A stretch of 58,169 bases of DNA, filler included, from Catajapyx aquilonaris (taxonomy: Eukaryota): the NCBI GenBank assembly GCA_000934665.2. It is 3 parts of 3 records of this genome, joined end to end, with 100 filler letters (N's around TTAATTAATTAA, not from the genome) between each part and the next. Parts side by side here need not be neighbours in the genome. Positions count along the whole stretch, not along the records: positions 1 to 19,338 come from JYFJ02006484.1; positions 19,439 to 38,769 come from JYFJ02006485.1; 1 more part is not named here. One strand, given 5' to 3'. Shown here in pieces: positions 13,732 through 24,339 of this stretch. The translations under genes and the position numbers were made by a program. The notes beneath the pieces are model-generated. The model had not been told where the DNA came from, searched no databases, and saw nothing but the letters and a program-made list of their open reading frames with translations. The stretch's first letter is position 1; each line of letters begins with the position of its first letter.

Positions 13732-14176
13732 TAACAGTTCCTGGGAAAAGATGCACAAGCAGCAAGAATGTTAATTAATGGATCATCAAATGTTAAATAT
13801 TCCAACCATTTGTCAAACAACAATAGGGTGATTTATTTCCAGCATCTACTTGGCGTAGGGGGGGAAAAAAACTGCCACAATGCGTTAAGGGAGTTTTCTA
13901 AACCAGCCATCACAACACGAAATTGACATTTTCGTTTAGTCCAGAAAGTGTTCTGGCATATTTAAGAAGAGCATTTCGGGGTCTGGCAGTTTTTTTGTTC
14001 AATGGCCGTCATCCAAAATTATTTTAAATAAATACAACGCTATTTATGCGTGTGAAGGATGTGTGAAGAAGCGCACATTCTCTAGAATATATACCGTATG
14101 TCCTTTTTTCATTACAATAATACTACTCTAATGGTAGTTGATTCAGAAATCGGTGTTTCAGGGACGGAATTTTTTA

Positions 14177-15616
14177 TCTCTATCTCTATAAATAAGGAGA
14201 GTTTGTTTGTTTGTCCCTTATAGAAATTAAGGGGAAAGCCCTACACCGCCTTAAATTAGCATATCGGGGGTTACATTTTCCAAGGAATCTAACGCCGCAT
14301 GTTTCAGCTTCCGAAAATGAACCAAACTCTCACAACACGCATATTCCCGAATCTTCTCACTTCTCAGGCCTGAACAATTAACTTACATAAACATCAAATA
14401 TAACAATAAGTTATAACGATTCACATTCCCATGGAAATGCCCTTATGCAATAATACCGCCTAGAAAATTAAAGCATTGCCGTATATTCAACGCATCCACC
14501 AATTACGCTAATTGGGCACCTCACGTGAGTTCGTATCGTATGGTCATTCCGGGATTTTGTGGGATTTGCAACTAGACTTCCAGACAAAAATAAGTACAAT
14601 AAAATATCAGTAAAACTTCCATAAGTCGAACTTCCCTAAGTCGAACTAATCTATAAGTCGAAGAAAATGATGAGCTTGGTTGGTCACAATGTAAAATGAA
14701 AATAGGAAATAAACTTCCCTAACTCGAATTTCTATAACTCGAAGTTCTCCATAACTCGAAGTGCAGGCAGGGCCTTACGATGGGATATCAATGCATTTTC
14801 AGTCTCCCTAAGTCCAAGTTCATGTTGGCGAGTATACGGTATTCTCATTTCCCAGCAGAAGGGCACGGAGTAGGCCACATGTACAGAAAGGCTCAATTTC
14901 CTGATCTCCGTCTACCAGACGTAACCAAAGAAGTGTTTGACTCTGTTGAGACAATTGAATCATTGAATTTAAGAGTAGCCAAATGTCCATAACTGAGATT
15001 TTTTTTACATCAAAACAATGAGAAACATTGTAAGTGTGATAGTGACAGTTATTTTTAAGTTTTGAACACCTTTCGTCGCTGGATATAAAGGTAGGCTTCC
15101 TTATAGAGTTAGGTGCTTAAATAATTCCAAATTACTCTAACTCGAATTTTTTCCATGTCCCATGGAGATTCGACTTATGGAAGTTTTACTGTAATACAGT
15201 ATTTACAAATATTACTACTAACTACGTGTTGAAAACCAAATTTCCCACCATGCATCTGTACATAAATTTCTAAATTTCTTCAGAGCAAACATATGGAACG
15301 AGATGGGGGTGTGAAGTGGAGTTGGGGGGTCAAGGGGTCAAAAATGCAGGGGGAAAAACACACGGCTGTGCAGTCTTTTCCTGGGCCAACTCCATCCGCA
15401 ATCCTCTTTTTACACATCCAATCNCAGGTTATCTATCACAGATAGTGACAAACTTTGGCTTATTGCAACTTATAAGGCCCATTTTAAGACATATCGAGCT
15501 TCGAGTGTATTGAAAGGAAATTCTTTCAAACAAATACACTTCCTAAAATACTGTATATGTACCCCTACCTTTACCAGTACCCCAACATACCCGGGCAACG
15601 CCGGGTAACCTGCTAG
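14177..15616 (+). mobile_element. Non-autonomous Helitron
   Basis: Starts A|TC followed by TATAAATAAGGAGAGTTTGTTTGTTTGTC. Ends with hairpin CCCGGGCAACGCCGGG and then CTAG|T at 15613-15617. No TSD. Confidence 0.75.
14608..15191. mobile_element. pogo/Tigger-like MITE nested in the Helitron
   Basis: TIRs CAGTAAAACTTCCATAAGTCGAA and TTCGACTTATGGAAGTTTTACTG, TA on the right flank, and repeated internal TAAGTCGAA/TAACTCGAA motifs. Confidence 0.8.
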
Positions 15617-16089
15617 TTCTTCATAAATGAAAGAGAATAACATGCTGATTATTATTATTATTCTTTCTCAGTAACTATGGCATTATTTGTACTGTTATCA
15701 GGCCAAGTCGGCACTCCAGAGAAAGGATTGTAGCAAACTGTTGAAATCTGAGAACAGCAAGCATATAATTATTAATGATGTTTGTGTCTGTCAGGAGCTC
15801 CTATTACTTGCGTTAGTCATAATCTTGGTTAGGGTTCTAAATTCGTTGCAACTCACTGCCTACACTCAACCAAGTACAGTATTAGCATACATTATTTCTG
15901 ATAGATTATAAAAGTAACTTTTAAAAACAAACTGCTTAATAATACGCAGCTTATTGCCAAAATGTAGTGAAATCAAGTGAAATTCACATCTGCCTTGACC
16001 ACACTTGTGTAGTGTAGTATAGTACACTAAATGCATTATTTTGACAAGCGTTACATGGATCTCAATGTACGGTTTCAGTGTGGTTTCAA

Positions 16090-16128
16090 TACTCGAGGTA
16101 GAGTACCGTACGTACTCTACCTCGAGTA
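16090..16128. repeat. Perfect 17-bp-stem palindrome (probably a collapsed MITE)
   Basis: TACTCGAGGTAGAGTAC-cgtac-GTACTCTACCTCGAGTA. Confidence 0.7.
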
Positions 16129-16288
16129 ACGAGAGCCTTGCCGCTTGAAAATGCAAGAATTATCCCGCCCAAAGCATCTCCCCCCTTTGTTCTACCTGCA
16201 ACCCTATGCAATCGTTCCGAAGTTACTAGAACACAAGAAACATCACCAATTTGAAAATTCCGCCTCGATAGAAGGCAGGAGTACTGGA

Positions 16289-16350
16289 CCAATGGGGACG
16301 AGCCTTGCATCAACACAAGCGTGGGGTCATTGCCCTTCGCGTCAGCCAAT
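16289..16350 (+). promoter_or_regulatory. Two CCAAT boxes upstream of the H3-derived gene
   Basis: GACCAATG at 16287-16294 and AGCCAATC at 16344-16351, 140-200 bp upstream of the ATG at 16490. Confidence 0.4.
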
Positions 16351-16489
16351 CGGAGCTGCTCTTCTTCCCAAGCTAGGCTGTCGTTCTATCGAAGGATAGT
16401 CCGGCAGGCACTAACAGTTGCTCGGAGGTGTGTTGGGAGCTGTAAGATAATAACTTAGTCCCGACTCTCCATATAGGTAGGCCTACGAA

Positions 16490-17180
16490 ATGGCTCGTAC
16501 AAAACAGTGCCGTCGAAGAGATGCAATGAGCTCAAACTACGCCAGGGCGGTGTTCCCGCCATCCTCCCCACGCGGGCAGGTAGTACAGGCGGCAGCCAAT
16601 GATCTTCTGGCCCCCGCCACGGGTCCGGGTCCATCCGTAGCCATAGCCCCTGCTCTCGGGCAACACCGGCAGCTGCCAAAGCATGGCAGATACAGGTAAA
16701 GTGTGCTGTTCGGTCAAAGTGGTCGAAAAGGCATATGTTCCAACCACATTGTTTCAGACCGGGTTTTGCCGACCGTCGGCGGCGCAGGCGTCTTCGCCTG
16801 TCCCTCGATGCTCCGTCCCCTGCCCCTGCTCGGGATTCGGACACTGCCCCTACAGCCGCCAGGGATTCGGCTCCAGCCGCCCCTGATTCAAGGGAAAAGT
16901 CAGCTGCCCCCGCCCCCGCCCCCGGCCCCGGCCTCATGGATCATATTCATCTGTATGTGTGATGTTCAAGCAAAGTGGTCCAAAAGGCGTAATTATGTTC
17001 TAATCGAATTGTTTCAGGCAGGATAACGCGGCCCTCCTCTATATCTCCGGCGCGGATGGAGATCCTGCGGATGGAGATCCTGCGGATGGAGATCCTGCGG
17101 ATGGAGATCCTGCAGATGGAGGAGGGAGGGTCTCACCCCAAGTGGTATCTGTTGTAGAAAAGACTTCAGTAACTGACTAA
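16490..17180 (+). CDS. Histone H3-derived protein lacking a canonical histone fold; 3 exons (16490-16695, 16758-16952, 17018-17180), 187 aa
   Basis: Two GT-AG introns (62 and 65 nt, both phase 2) give one continuous 564-nt ORF with start context CGAAATGG. Product: MARTKQCRRRD...PRGQVVQAAANDLLAPATG...KHGRYR|PGFADRRRRRRLRLSLD...AARDSAPA...HL|QDNAALLYISG(ADGDP)x4...VTD*. AATAAA follows the stop. Confidence 0.75.
17052..17120 (+). repeat. 15-bp tandem repeat (GCGGATGGAGATCCT, about 4.5 copies) encoding ADGDP repeats
   Basis: Directly visible, and in frame within exon 3 of the H3-derived gene. Confidence 0.95.
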
Positions 17181-17208
17181 TGAGGGAATCTCCCAATACT
17201 TTATGTTA

Positions 17209-17240
17209 AATAAAAGGACGTTCTGTATCTTGTGGGTTTG
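17209..17240 (+). terminator. Polyadenylation signal of the H3-derived gene
   Basis: AATAAA at 17209-17214, starting 29 nt after the stop, followed by the GT-rich TCTTGTGGGTTTG. Confidence 0.55.
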
Positions 17241-17354
17241 AGAAAATTGTAGCAGGCCCCGATTGGGTATTGTCTTGCTCCGGTTCACAGTTAACTACGC
17301 CGGGGTGGCCAGCCGGCCATTGAGGCATATTTCCACCCCCATCTAATTCACCTT

Positions 17355-19338
17355 AGTAGTTAGATTAAGCAGCTTCCTGAAACACATATAAAATGCCACA
17401 AGCGTCGCCACCGTCTATGCGAGTTAACATGGGAAAGCGCTACTGCGGCGGTTTCTGTAACTAGTAAATATGCGTGGGCGGAGTCTCCAGCCAATCAGGA
17501 GGCTCGCCGAGGAGCTACGCTTTGAAAAGCAGCGGCGGCCCCCGCGGCAGTGGCAGCACCGTCGCTCTCGGTGGCGAAATGAAAAATCCCCTGCAGCGCA
17601 GAGCCGGGCTGGAACCCAGGGTCGCCCGATTCGGAGGCGGGCATCAAAGGATCACGGCCAAGACCGCATGCCTGGAATAGAAGTGTCTGGGAGGCGCCCT
17701 ATATGCAGCCTGCGCACGCCGCACGCTTACACGGCACGGCCCCCTGTCCCCTGTGACGCGTTGACTCTCACACTCACACACGATGATGCAGCCAACACGT
17801 GGGCCACCCCGGAAAGTCCCAAAAATATGGTTCGCAGTAGCGGCGGGGGGATTCAAAAAAGATTTTGGCATTGCCTAAATTCCGATCACGTGACGCGGCA
17901 CAAGTTGGCCCAGCCAGATTTTCTGTGGGGACATGGGAAAGTGTCGAAAATATATTTGGGGAGCGGCGGGCGATTCAAAAAAGAATTATATACTTGCCGC
18001 GGATTATAAGGGGGAAAACTAAAGATGGCCCTCCCACGGCCCCCAGGTCCACCCTAGGGAAAATTTGGCATTGCCTAAAGTCCGATCACATGACGCGGCA
18101 CACTTTGGCCCACCCAGATTTTCTGTGGCCAACCGGCAAAGTCCCGAAAACATTTTTGGGGAGCGGCGGGAGATTCAAAAAGGGGGACAGGCGGCTGCGG
18201 CTCCGGGGGGGAAAAAAAACCCAAAGATGGCCCTCCCACGCCCCCAGGCCCACCCTAGGGAAAATTTGGGAATGCCTAAATTCCGATCACGTGACGCGGC
18301 ACAAGTTGGCCCAGCCAGATTTTCTGTGGGCACATGGGAAAGTGTCGAAAATATATTTGGGGAGCGGCGGGCGATTCAAAAAATTTCTCATAAATGTGCA
18401 CAAAATAATGGAAGATGGGAAGGTGTCCATGCCTCTTCGGGTAATTTGTGTCAGTATTTAATGGAGCCCGTAAGGCGCCCATACTCGGCGAGAAAGACAG
18501 CCATCTTAGAGGGTGTCGGAAGGCCGCACAATAGAACGCAATGATACCGGGCATGGCGATTGGAGGGGGAGGGGAAAAAAAACAGGAATGCGGGCAAATC
18601 CTCATTTCTCGCAGAAGACAGGCATGGCAGGGGAGACACGACATGCGGCAGGGCATGGGGCAGGGATGAGGCCGGGGAGGGGCGATGACCCGGGCATGGC
18701 ACGGTGCTAATAACCATATGCAATGAATGCAGGAATCTACATCGCCTAAGGAATGAAATAGGGGGAAAATGATATAGCGGCATGGAATATCTGATTACAG
18801 AAAACCCGCAAAACCGAGAGCGGGAGCGGGCAGGAGGCAAAGATGATGGGGGGCGGGTGGTAGAAGCCAAGAGGAGGATGGCCCTCGAGCGACACCAAGC
18901 CAAGATGAAGGGGGTGAGGCCGAGGATATGGCGGCATGGTAGCGACCTGGACATGCGTGGTGCTAACCGGGCGACATGGCGCCACCGCAACGGGGGTGAC
19001 ATGGGGCGGGGGGCAGGGGATATGGGCCATGGGCGAGGCGGGGACACGGTCGAGACATGGCAGCAGGGCAAGGGACCCGGCCATGCATGCTGGGCGCCAC
19101 CGGGAGGCAGGGCAACATGGGGGCCAACGCGGTGGGACATGGGGCAACATAGATGGCGGGCAGGGTATGGGGCCTGGGTGAGGCTGGGACATGGGCATGC
19201 ATGGCGCTAACCGAGCGACACGGGCAGACATTGCATGGGGCTAACCGAGCGACATGGGCGGACATGCACGGGGCTAACCGAGCGACATGGGCAGACATGC
19301 ATGGGGCTACCAGGAGGCACAAGTTAGAGGCGAGGATG
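17355..19338. repeat. GC-rich element with about 200-bp direct repeats (x3) and about 30-bp tandem repeats; possibly the terminal region of a large DNA element
   Basis: Unit TTTGGCATTGCCTAAATTCCGATCACGTGACGCGGCACAAGTTGGCCCAGCCAGATTTTCTGTGG...GGGGAGCGGCGGGCGATTCAAAAA recurs near 17863, 18064 and 18264. GCTAACCGAGCGACATGGGCAGACATGCA recurs at about 19200-19310. The region runs into an assembly gap. Confidence 0.7.
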
Positions 19339-19438
19339 NNNNNNNNNNNNNNNNNNNNNNNNNNNNNNNNNNNNNNNNNNNNTTAATTAATTAANNNNNN
19401 NNNNNNNNNNNNNNNNNNNNNNNNNNNNNNNNNNNNNN
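19339..19438. other. Scaffolding gap (N44-TTAATTAATTAA-N44)
   Basis: 100-bp artificial spacer with stop codons in all six frames. Confidence 0.97.
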
Positions 19439-20003
19439 ACCAAAAATGTCAAGCGAGCAGGAGGTGATTGTAAAAGAGCATTGTAAGTGTACTATTTATT
19501 TTATTTAGACATGACTAAAGATAGCTAGCAGTACCAAGCAGTACCGTACTTATTTTTTGGCATATTTTTTGGCACCCACCCGTAGGCAGATTGACTTGCC
19601 AGCCAACCGGAATGAGTCTTCAAGATGGCGGCAGCCATATGGAGGCTCCACTGGAGGGACATCCGCCATTTTCCGCCATCAGCGCCGTCTGGCCAGGACA
19701 CAGGTGTTAACCTACCGTATTCGAGGAGTGTCATAGGCCTGACCAGACCACCAGCGCCGGCTTGAGCGTGGACTTGAGCGATGTCATCGCCTATGCCCTC
19801 CCTTCTTAAACGTGATTGCTACTTTCGGCCCAAATCACTGCTTTCGTTAGGATTTCATCTCCGGCGATCTAAATCTCCGATCAAATCTCGCACATGTAAA
19901 CGCACCTTAATGCTGGCGTGGCGCTAGCAATTACCCCAGGATTTGAAAAAGCCTTAGGTGGTTTATCACACTAAAAAAATAACAAAGAAACAAATGTGTA
20001 GAC

Positions 20004-20310
20004 CAGCACAGCGGTTCCTAAAGTGGGTTCCGCGGAAGGATCATCAGGGTTCCGCGAGTCAGTTGTGATAAAGGTTTTGATAAATGGTTCTCATAAATAA
20101 TTATTATTTGAAACTGGAGTTTGTTTAATTTGAAGTCATCATAATTATTGTGTGACCAACTTAGTAAAAGTTATAACAAGTAAATATATTACTATAAATT
20201 TGTTTTGTATGTTAACAATTACTAGTTAAATTTTCATTGGGTGTTGGGGTTCCGCCGAATAATAGTGATTCGTTAAGTGTTCCGCGACTCAAAAAGTTTG
20301 GGAACCGCTG
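20004..20310. mobile_element. hAT-type MITE with 8-bp TSD
   Basis: TIRs CAGCGGTTCC...GGAACCGCTG. GTGTAGAC duplicated at 19996-20003 and 20311-20318. Confidence 0.85.
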
Positions 20311-23300
20311 GTGTAGACTATAATCGCGTTCGAATTGAAATGTCCGTAGTGGTTATCGATTTTTGGTATTAAGCTGCTAATTTTTCATCGGCTACGTTTA
20401 GAGGTTATCAAATTGTTTGCTGCAAATATTAGGAAGATGGGTATACTGTGCATCTTTTTATTTACTAATGCAGGAGGGTCTGACCAACTATGGACCTCAG
20501 GTGCCATCAGTGGGTCAAAAATGGTTCACTCGCATTGTCTTCAGCCGACCAAAGACACACACACTGTTTACCTCTATGCCGCTACAGGCAATACATCAAA
20601 TGTATTCGTTTTTTGCACTCGCAGTGGGGTACTTTAAGTTCTGTAACATTGATCTGTAAACAGCAGTGAACTACTGTATGAAAACGACAATCCTTATCCT
20701 GACATCCGAATAGTAGGTGCGCAGGGATAATAAGCATATATCTATCTATCTATCTTCAGCCGACCATTCTTCGTTATTCGGGCCCGAATGAATTCTTTAA
20801 TTCAACCTAATACCAGCAGATCTACAACTTCAAATAACCCCAAAAGTAACTGTTACAAGGTGTCTGCTGATAATAAGCATCGTAATGACAATACTTTAAA
20901 AAATAATTCTCGTGATAGGCCTCCTTGGGCCTTTTAGGGGATCGTCTTTTCACTAACTGTCTTTAACCATTGCCTATGCTGTGATTGATTTTGATTTTGG
21001 GAGGAAAAGGGAGAGCCCCGAGAAAACCCACGCGAACAAGGAGAGAATCCTTCGAAACTATTTCCAGATCAGAATCTGTCCAACCCGGATACTTATACAA
21101 TAGACTCCGGATGTAAGAGTCTTCAAGGGACCGCGGAAATGAGCCTCCTATAACCGAGGTCTGTTATACCCTAATCGCCACTTTTGCAACGAATCCACAA
21201 AACACACAGGGCCTTATGGAAGTATGCCGGGATCGGCATTTCGAGTTTACTATTACCGAGGGTTTCTTATAGCCGAGACTATTATATCCGGAGTAATTTG
21301 ATATCTCTACGCTACATTTTGCGCCGATTAAATTTACATAATACCACGATATTGTAGAGGCAACATCCGAAGGAATCAATGATGCACGAAATGCAGGCTC
21401 CCAAAAAGTTTTGACCGATTCATACGTTGTTTGGGTTTTGTAGTGAAAATAGTGTATAGTATATATTTTTTGTAGTGTGTGCTCAGGTAAACACCATGCA
21501 TGTTTCAAGCAAGATCCCAAGGGTGCAGTTATTTTATTTTATTTTATTGCTATGGAATGATACGGTACCGTTGTCAGACTTAGGCACATCTATCTCTAAC
21601 ACGTATAGTTTTCGAAATTCATATCTCCATTTCTGGTTGTGTGGCACGAACGTTTCATATGCCGTAGAAAAGGTTTTTGGGAGACATTGAACGGTGTAAA
21701 AAAAAATCGATCCAGTCCCATAGCTTTGATAAGTTTTAGCAAATTCGATAATTATTTTCTCAAATAAGAAACATCGTGTTGGTTTTATATTAGCATGGTA
21801 GGTGGCATAAGTAGCAATTGTAAGGATTATACTCGTAATACACGAGTGCCCTAATCTAGTGCAAGTACTGTTTTTGTGCACTTGCAAAATGGCGAATTTC
21901 AATTTTGATATTTGATTTAAATATAGGCTACTTGTATAAGCTACACAGAGTTTAGTAACATTTATAATTTGCATTTCATGACAATTAATTTGTAGTTTGT
22001 TTCCTCGCCATTCCAAGGAAAATTTCCATGCAAGCAGAAATAAAAGGAGCTTTCGATTTCTTATGAAACACTGCCCAAAATATTAATTTGTTGATAAGTT
22101 TACTATAATTTTTATTTCCAAATCACCTTTCATCATGGTTATTGTAAGAGGTAACTTGTTTATTAATGACAACAATGTCTGTCATTTGTAACTCACGAAG
22201 AATTGTGCAGCAAGATTTATTAATTTTTGGCGCGCGTAACATTCTGCCATTTTGAATCGCCTGGATGTAATGGCATATGTTTTGTCTTGATCGATCAGAG
22301 ACTGCATTGTAATCTGGACAGCTGGTTCACAGTACAGCCTTGGCCACTGCGTGTCTAGAAATAACAGGGAATTTATTGTCCAAATTTTGTGAATTTATTG
22401 TTCAAATTTGTTTTCGCATCCTTCAGGCATTTAATTTCCGTAAACTATAAGTATAGTGTCCGATAGACGAAGGAATGGGATTGACTACGGCAATGCATGA
22501 TAATGTTCACAAAATCTGTACTATACACACAAAAAATGTTTCGATCGACATTGGTTTGTGTAAGATGGCAGCTAAAGACATGCGCCCTAATGGGGCTATG
22601 TTGAATTTAGCGAACAATTTATTTTTTAAAATTAACAGCCAAGCGGTACTTATTCTTGGAATGAGATGTACAAGTAGTGCGATTATTACATACGAATATA
22701 AGCTTAACTTTCTTTACAACCTATGTTCTCTTGACTGCCTCTTTTTTTTTTTTTCGTTGGCCTTTTTTGTTTGAGCGGAAACTTCTTTGTCCCACCCTTT
22801 TCCCCGCCCAAAAGCCCTCCAGCTATTCTGCAAGAGCAATATTTTAATAAATTCATTTGAATGAAAGCTTGATTTTTTCCCCCCTCGTTAGATGTGAAAT
22901 TCATACAGAAGCATAATAAATGGTATGCTACGCCCCAAGCATACTATAAAACCTATGTCGTTTTCATCATCCTGCTTGGTAGGGTTGAACAAAATTCCCG
23001 TGAATTTGTGGTCGTATACCTATTTGATGCTTTTTCCGCATTTAAACCACCACCATCAGTGATTACTCTGGATTATGTTTTCACCATGACATATTTGCTG
23101 TTACACCAATGAGTAGGCTATCGAAGTTTAAAAAATACCCTTACAACGCATTTTAAATTATTTTTATAGCGGCACTGTACTGCAGCCTGGCACTGAAACC
23201 GTGTAGTTACTAGCTACTTAGCTAGCAGCATTGATGTGCTATTTTTATAAGTTAGATATCAAGTGACAGACTGTACAGTCTAAAATAGGAGTCAATTAGA

Positions 23301-23906
23301 AGTTCTGTTGTGGGTGAAGGCAGCGTGGGAAATGATGCAGAAAGTAATGAATCCGCGCAGAAGACTATTTTGATACTGTACATAAACACTGCGACAAATT
23401 GCCTCGTTGAGCAACTCTCAGTTTCTTTACATCAATCAGCCCATTTAATCTTCCATGCTTGTTCAAAAGAGCAATAGGGTGTATAGACCCATCAAACTTG
23501 ACAGTCGGAACTGATTTTTTTCCCCCCTTTCCCTTTTCTCCATCAAAGCTGCATACTCTCCACCTCCAGTGGTGGAAATAAATTCCACTCTCTGTCAATG
23601 GTTATGACAGCGATTATAGTCTTAACATACAATTAACGTTTTGTACTGCTCAATAGGTGGTTCGCGGTCGGGATCTAGAGCGCGAAGATATCTAATCCAT
23701 GCTGCTGTCAGTCGCAGTGTGCATAATTTCATATATTGTAAACTCAAGTTGTCATTTCCAGCTTTTGTATCTTTCAAACTTAAATATATGTAAACCACAA
23801 TTTCAATATTCCTCCACAATTTTTTGTTCAAGGTGGGAATTTAGGTAATTAACTGGTGACGCAATTGTTTCTGACTGGGTCTTCTTGATCTTGTTGACTG
23901 TTTCAG

Positions 23907-24339
23907 AATGCGCGTTGTCAGTGGACTCGTGGCGTGGAGTAAGAAGTTCATTGAGCAGCCCGCAGGAGCCATCAGTAGGTCCATTGGAACAAGAGAGACC
24001 ATTGGATCTGATGTGCCCAAGGGGACCTTTGCCCCAGGGCCCGTCGCAAGTGCCATGTAGGCCTCCGCCGATCCATCCTTCCGCATCTCAGCCCTACCCT
24101 TACCAGGTATGTGCATTGTTGCTCACTCATTTATGTTCGTTAAATTCGTCAGTAACATTTTAAATTTCCTGATGTGCAGGAGGAAGGGTCTAAGGTGGGG
24201 AAGACATCGAGGGAAGAAGCTCTGAAAGCTGAGGAGAGAAGAAGTTGCGAGTGTGGAAGGAAGTCTTGGAATAGTACGCCGCTTTCAGTGACTTCAACTC
24301 CACCAACATCTACACATTCACCTTCTGCCGCTTCGTTTG
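23907..24339 (+). CDS. Two candidate Ser/Pro-rich exons (23907-24106, 24180-24339) of an unidentified or decayed gene
   Basis: Good splice sites (TTTCAG|...CAG|GTATGT; GTGCAG|...TTTG|GTAAGT) in compatible phase with an open frame, including a PLDL motif. No recognisable domain. Confidence 0.3.

Larger units (their letters stand above)
11967..14011. mobile_element. Non-autonomous long-TIR DNA element hosting nested insertions
   Basis: About 11967-12230 is an imperfect inverted repeat of about 13815-14010 (ACGGCCATTGAA...TTCAATGGCCGT; TTCTGGACTAAACGAAAATGTCA vs TGACATTTTCGTTTAGTCCAGAA; CTACGCCAAGTAGATGCTGGAA vs TTCCAGCATCTACTTGGCGTAG). Confidence 0.75.

Noticed and set aside
16455..16937. 160-aa minus-strand ORF
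   Set aside because: Antisense shadow of the GC-rich H3-derived gene; splice sites, start context and poly(A) signal all support the + strand.
17470..19338. Many long overlapping ORFs on both strands; repeat array superficially CRISPR-like
   Set aside because: The ORFs arise from high GC and tandem repeats and show no domain. Units are about 200 bp without unique spacers, and the DNA is eukaryotic.
19383..19394. TTAATTAATTAA palindrome inside N runs (also 38814-38825)
   Set aside because: Artificial scaffolding spacer with six-frame stops, not biological.
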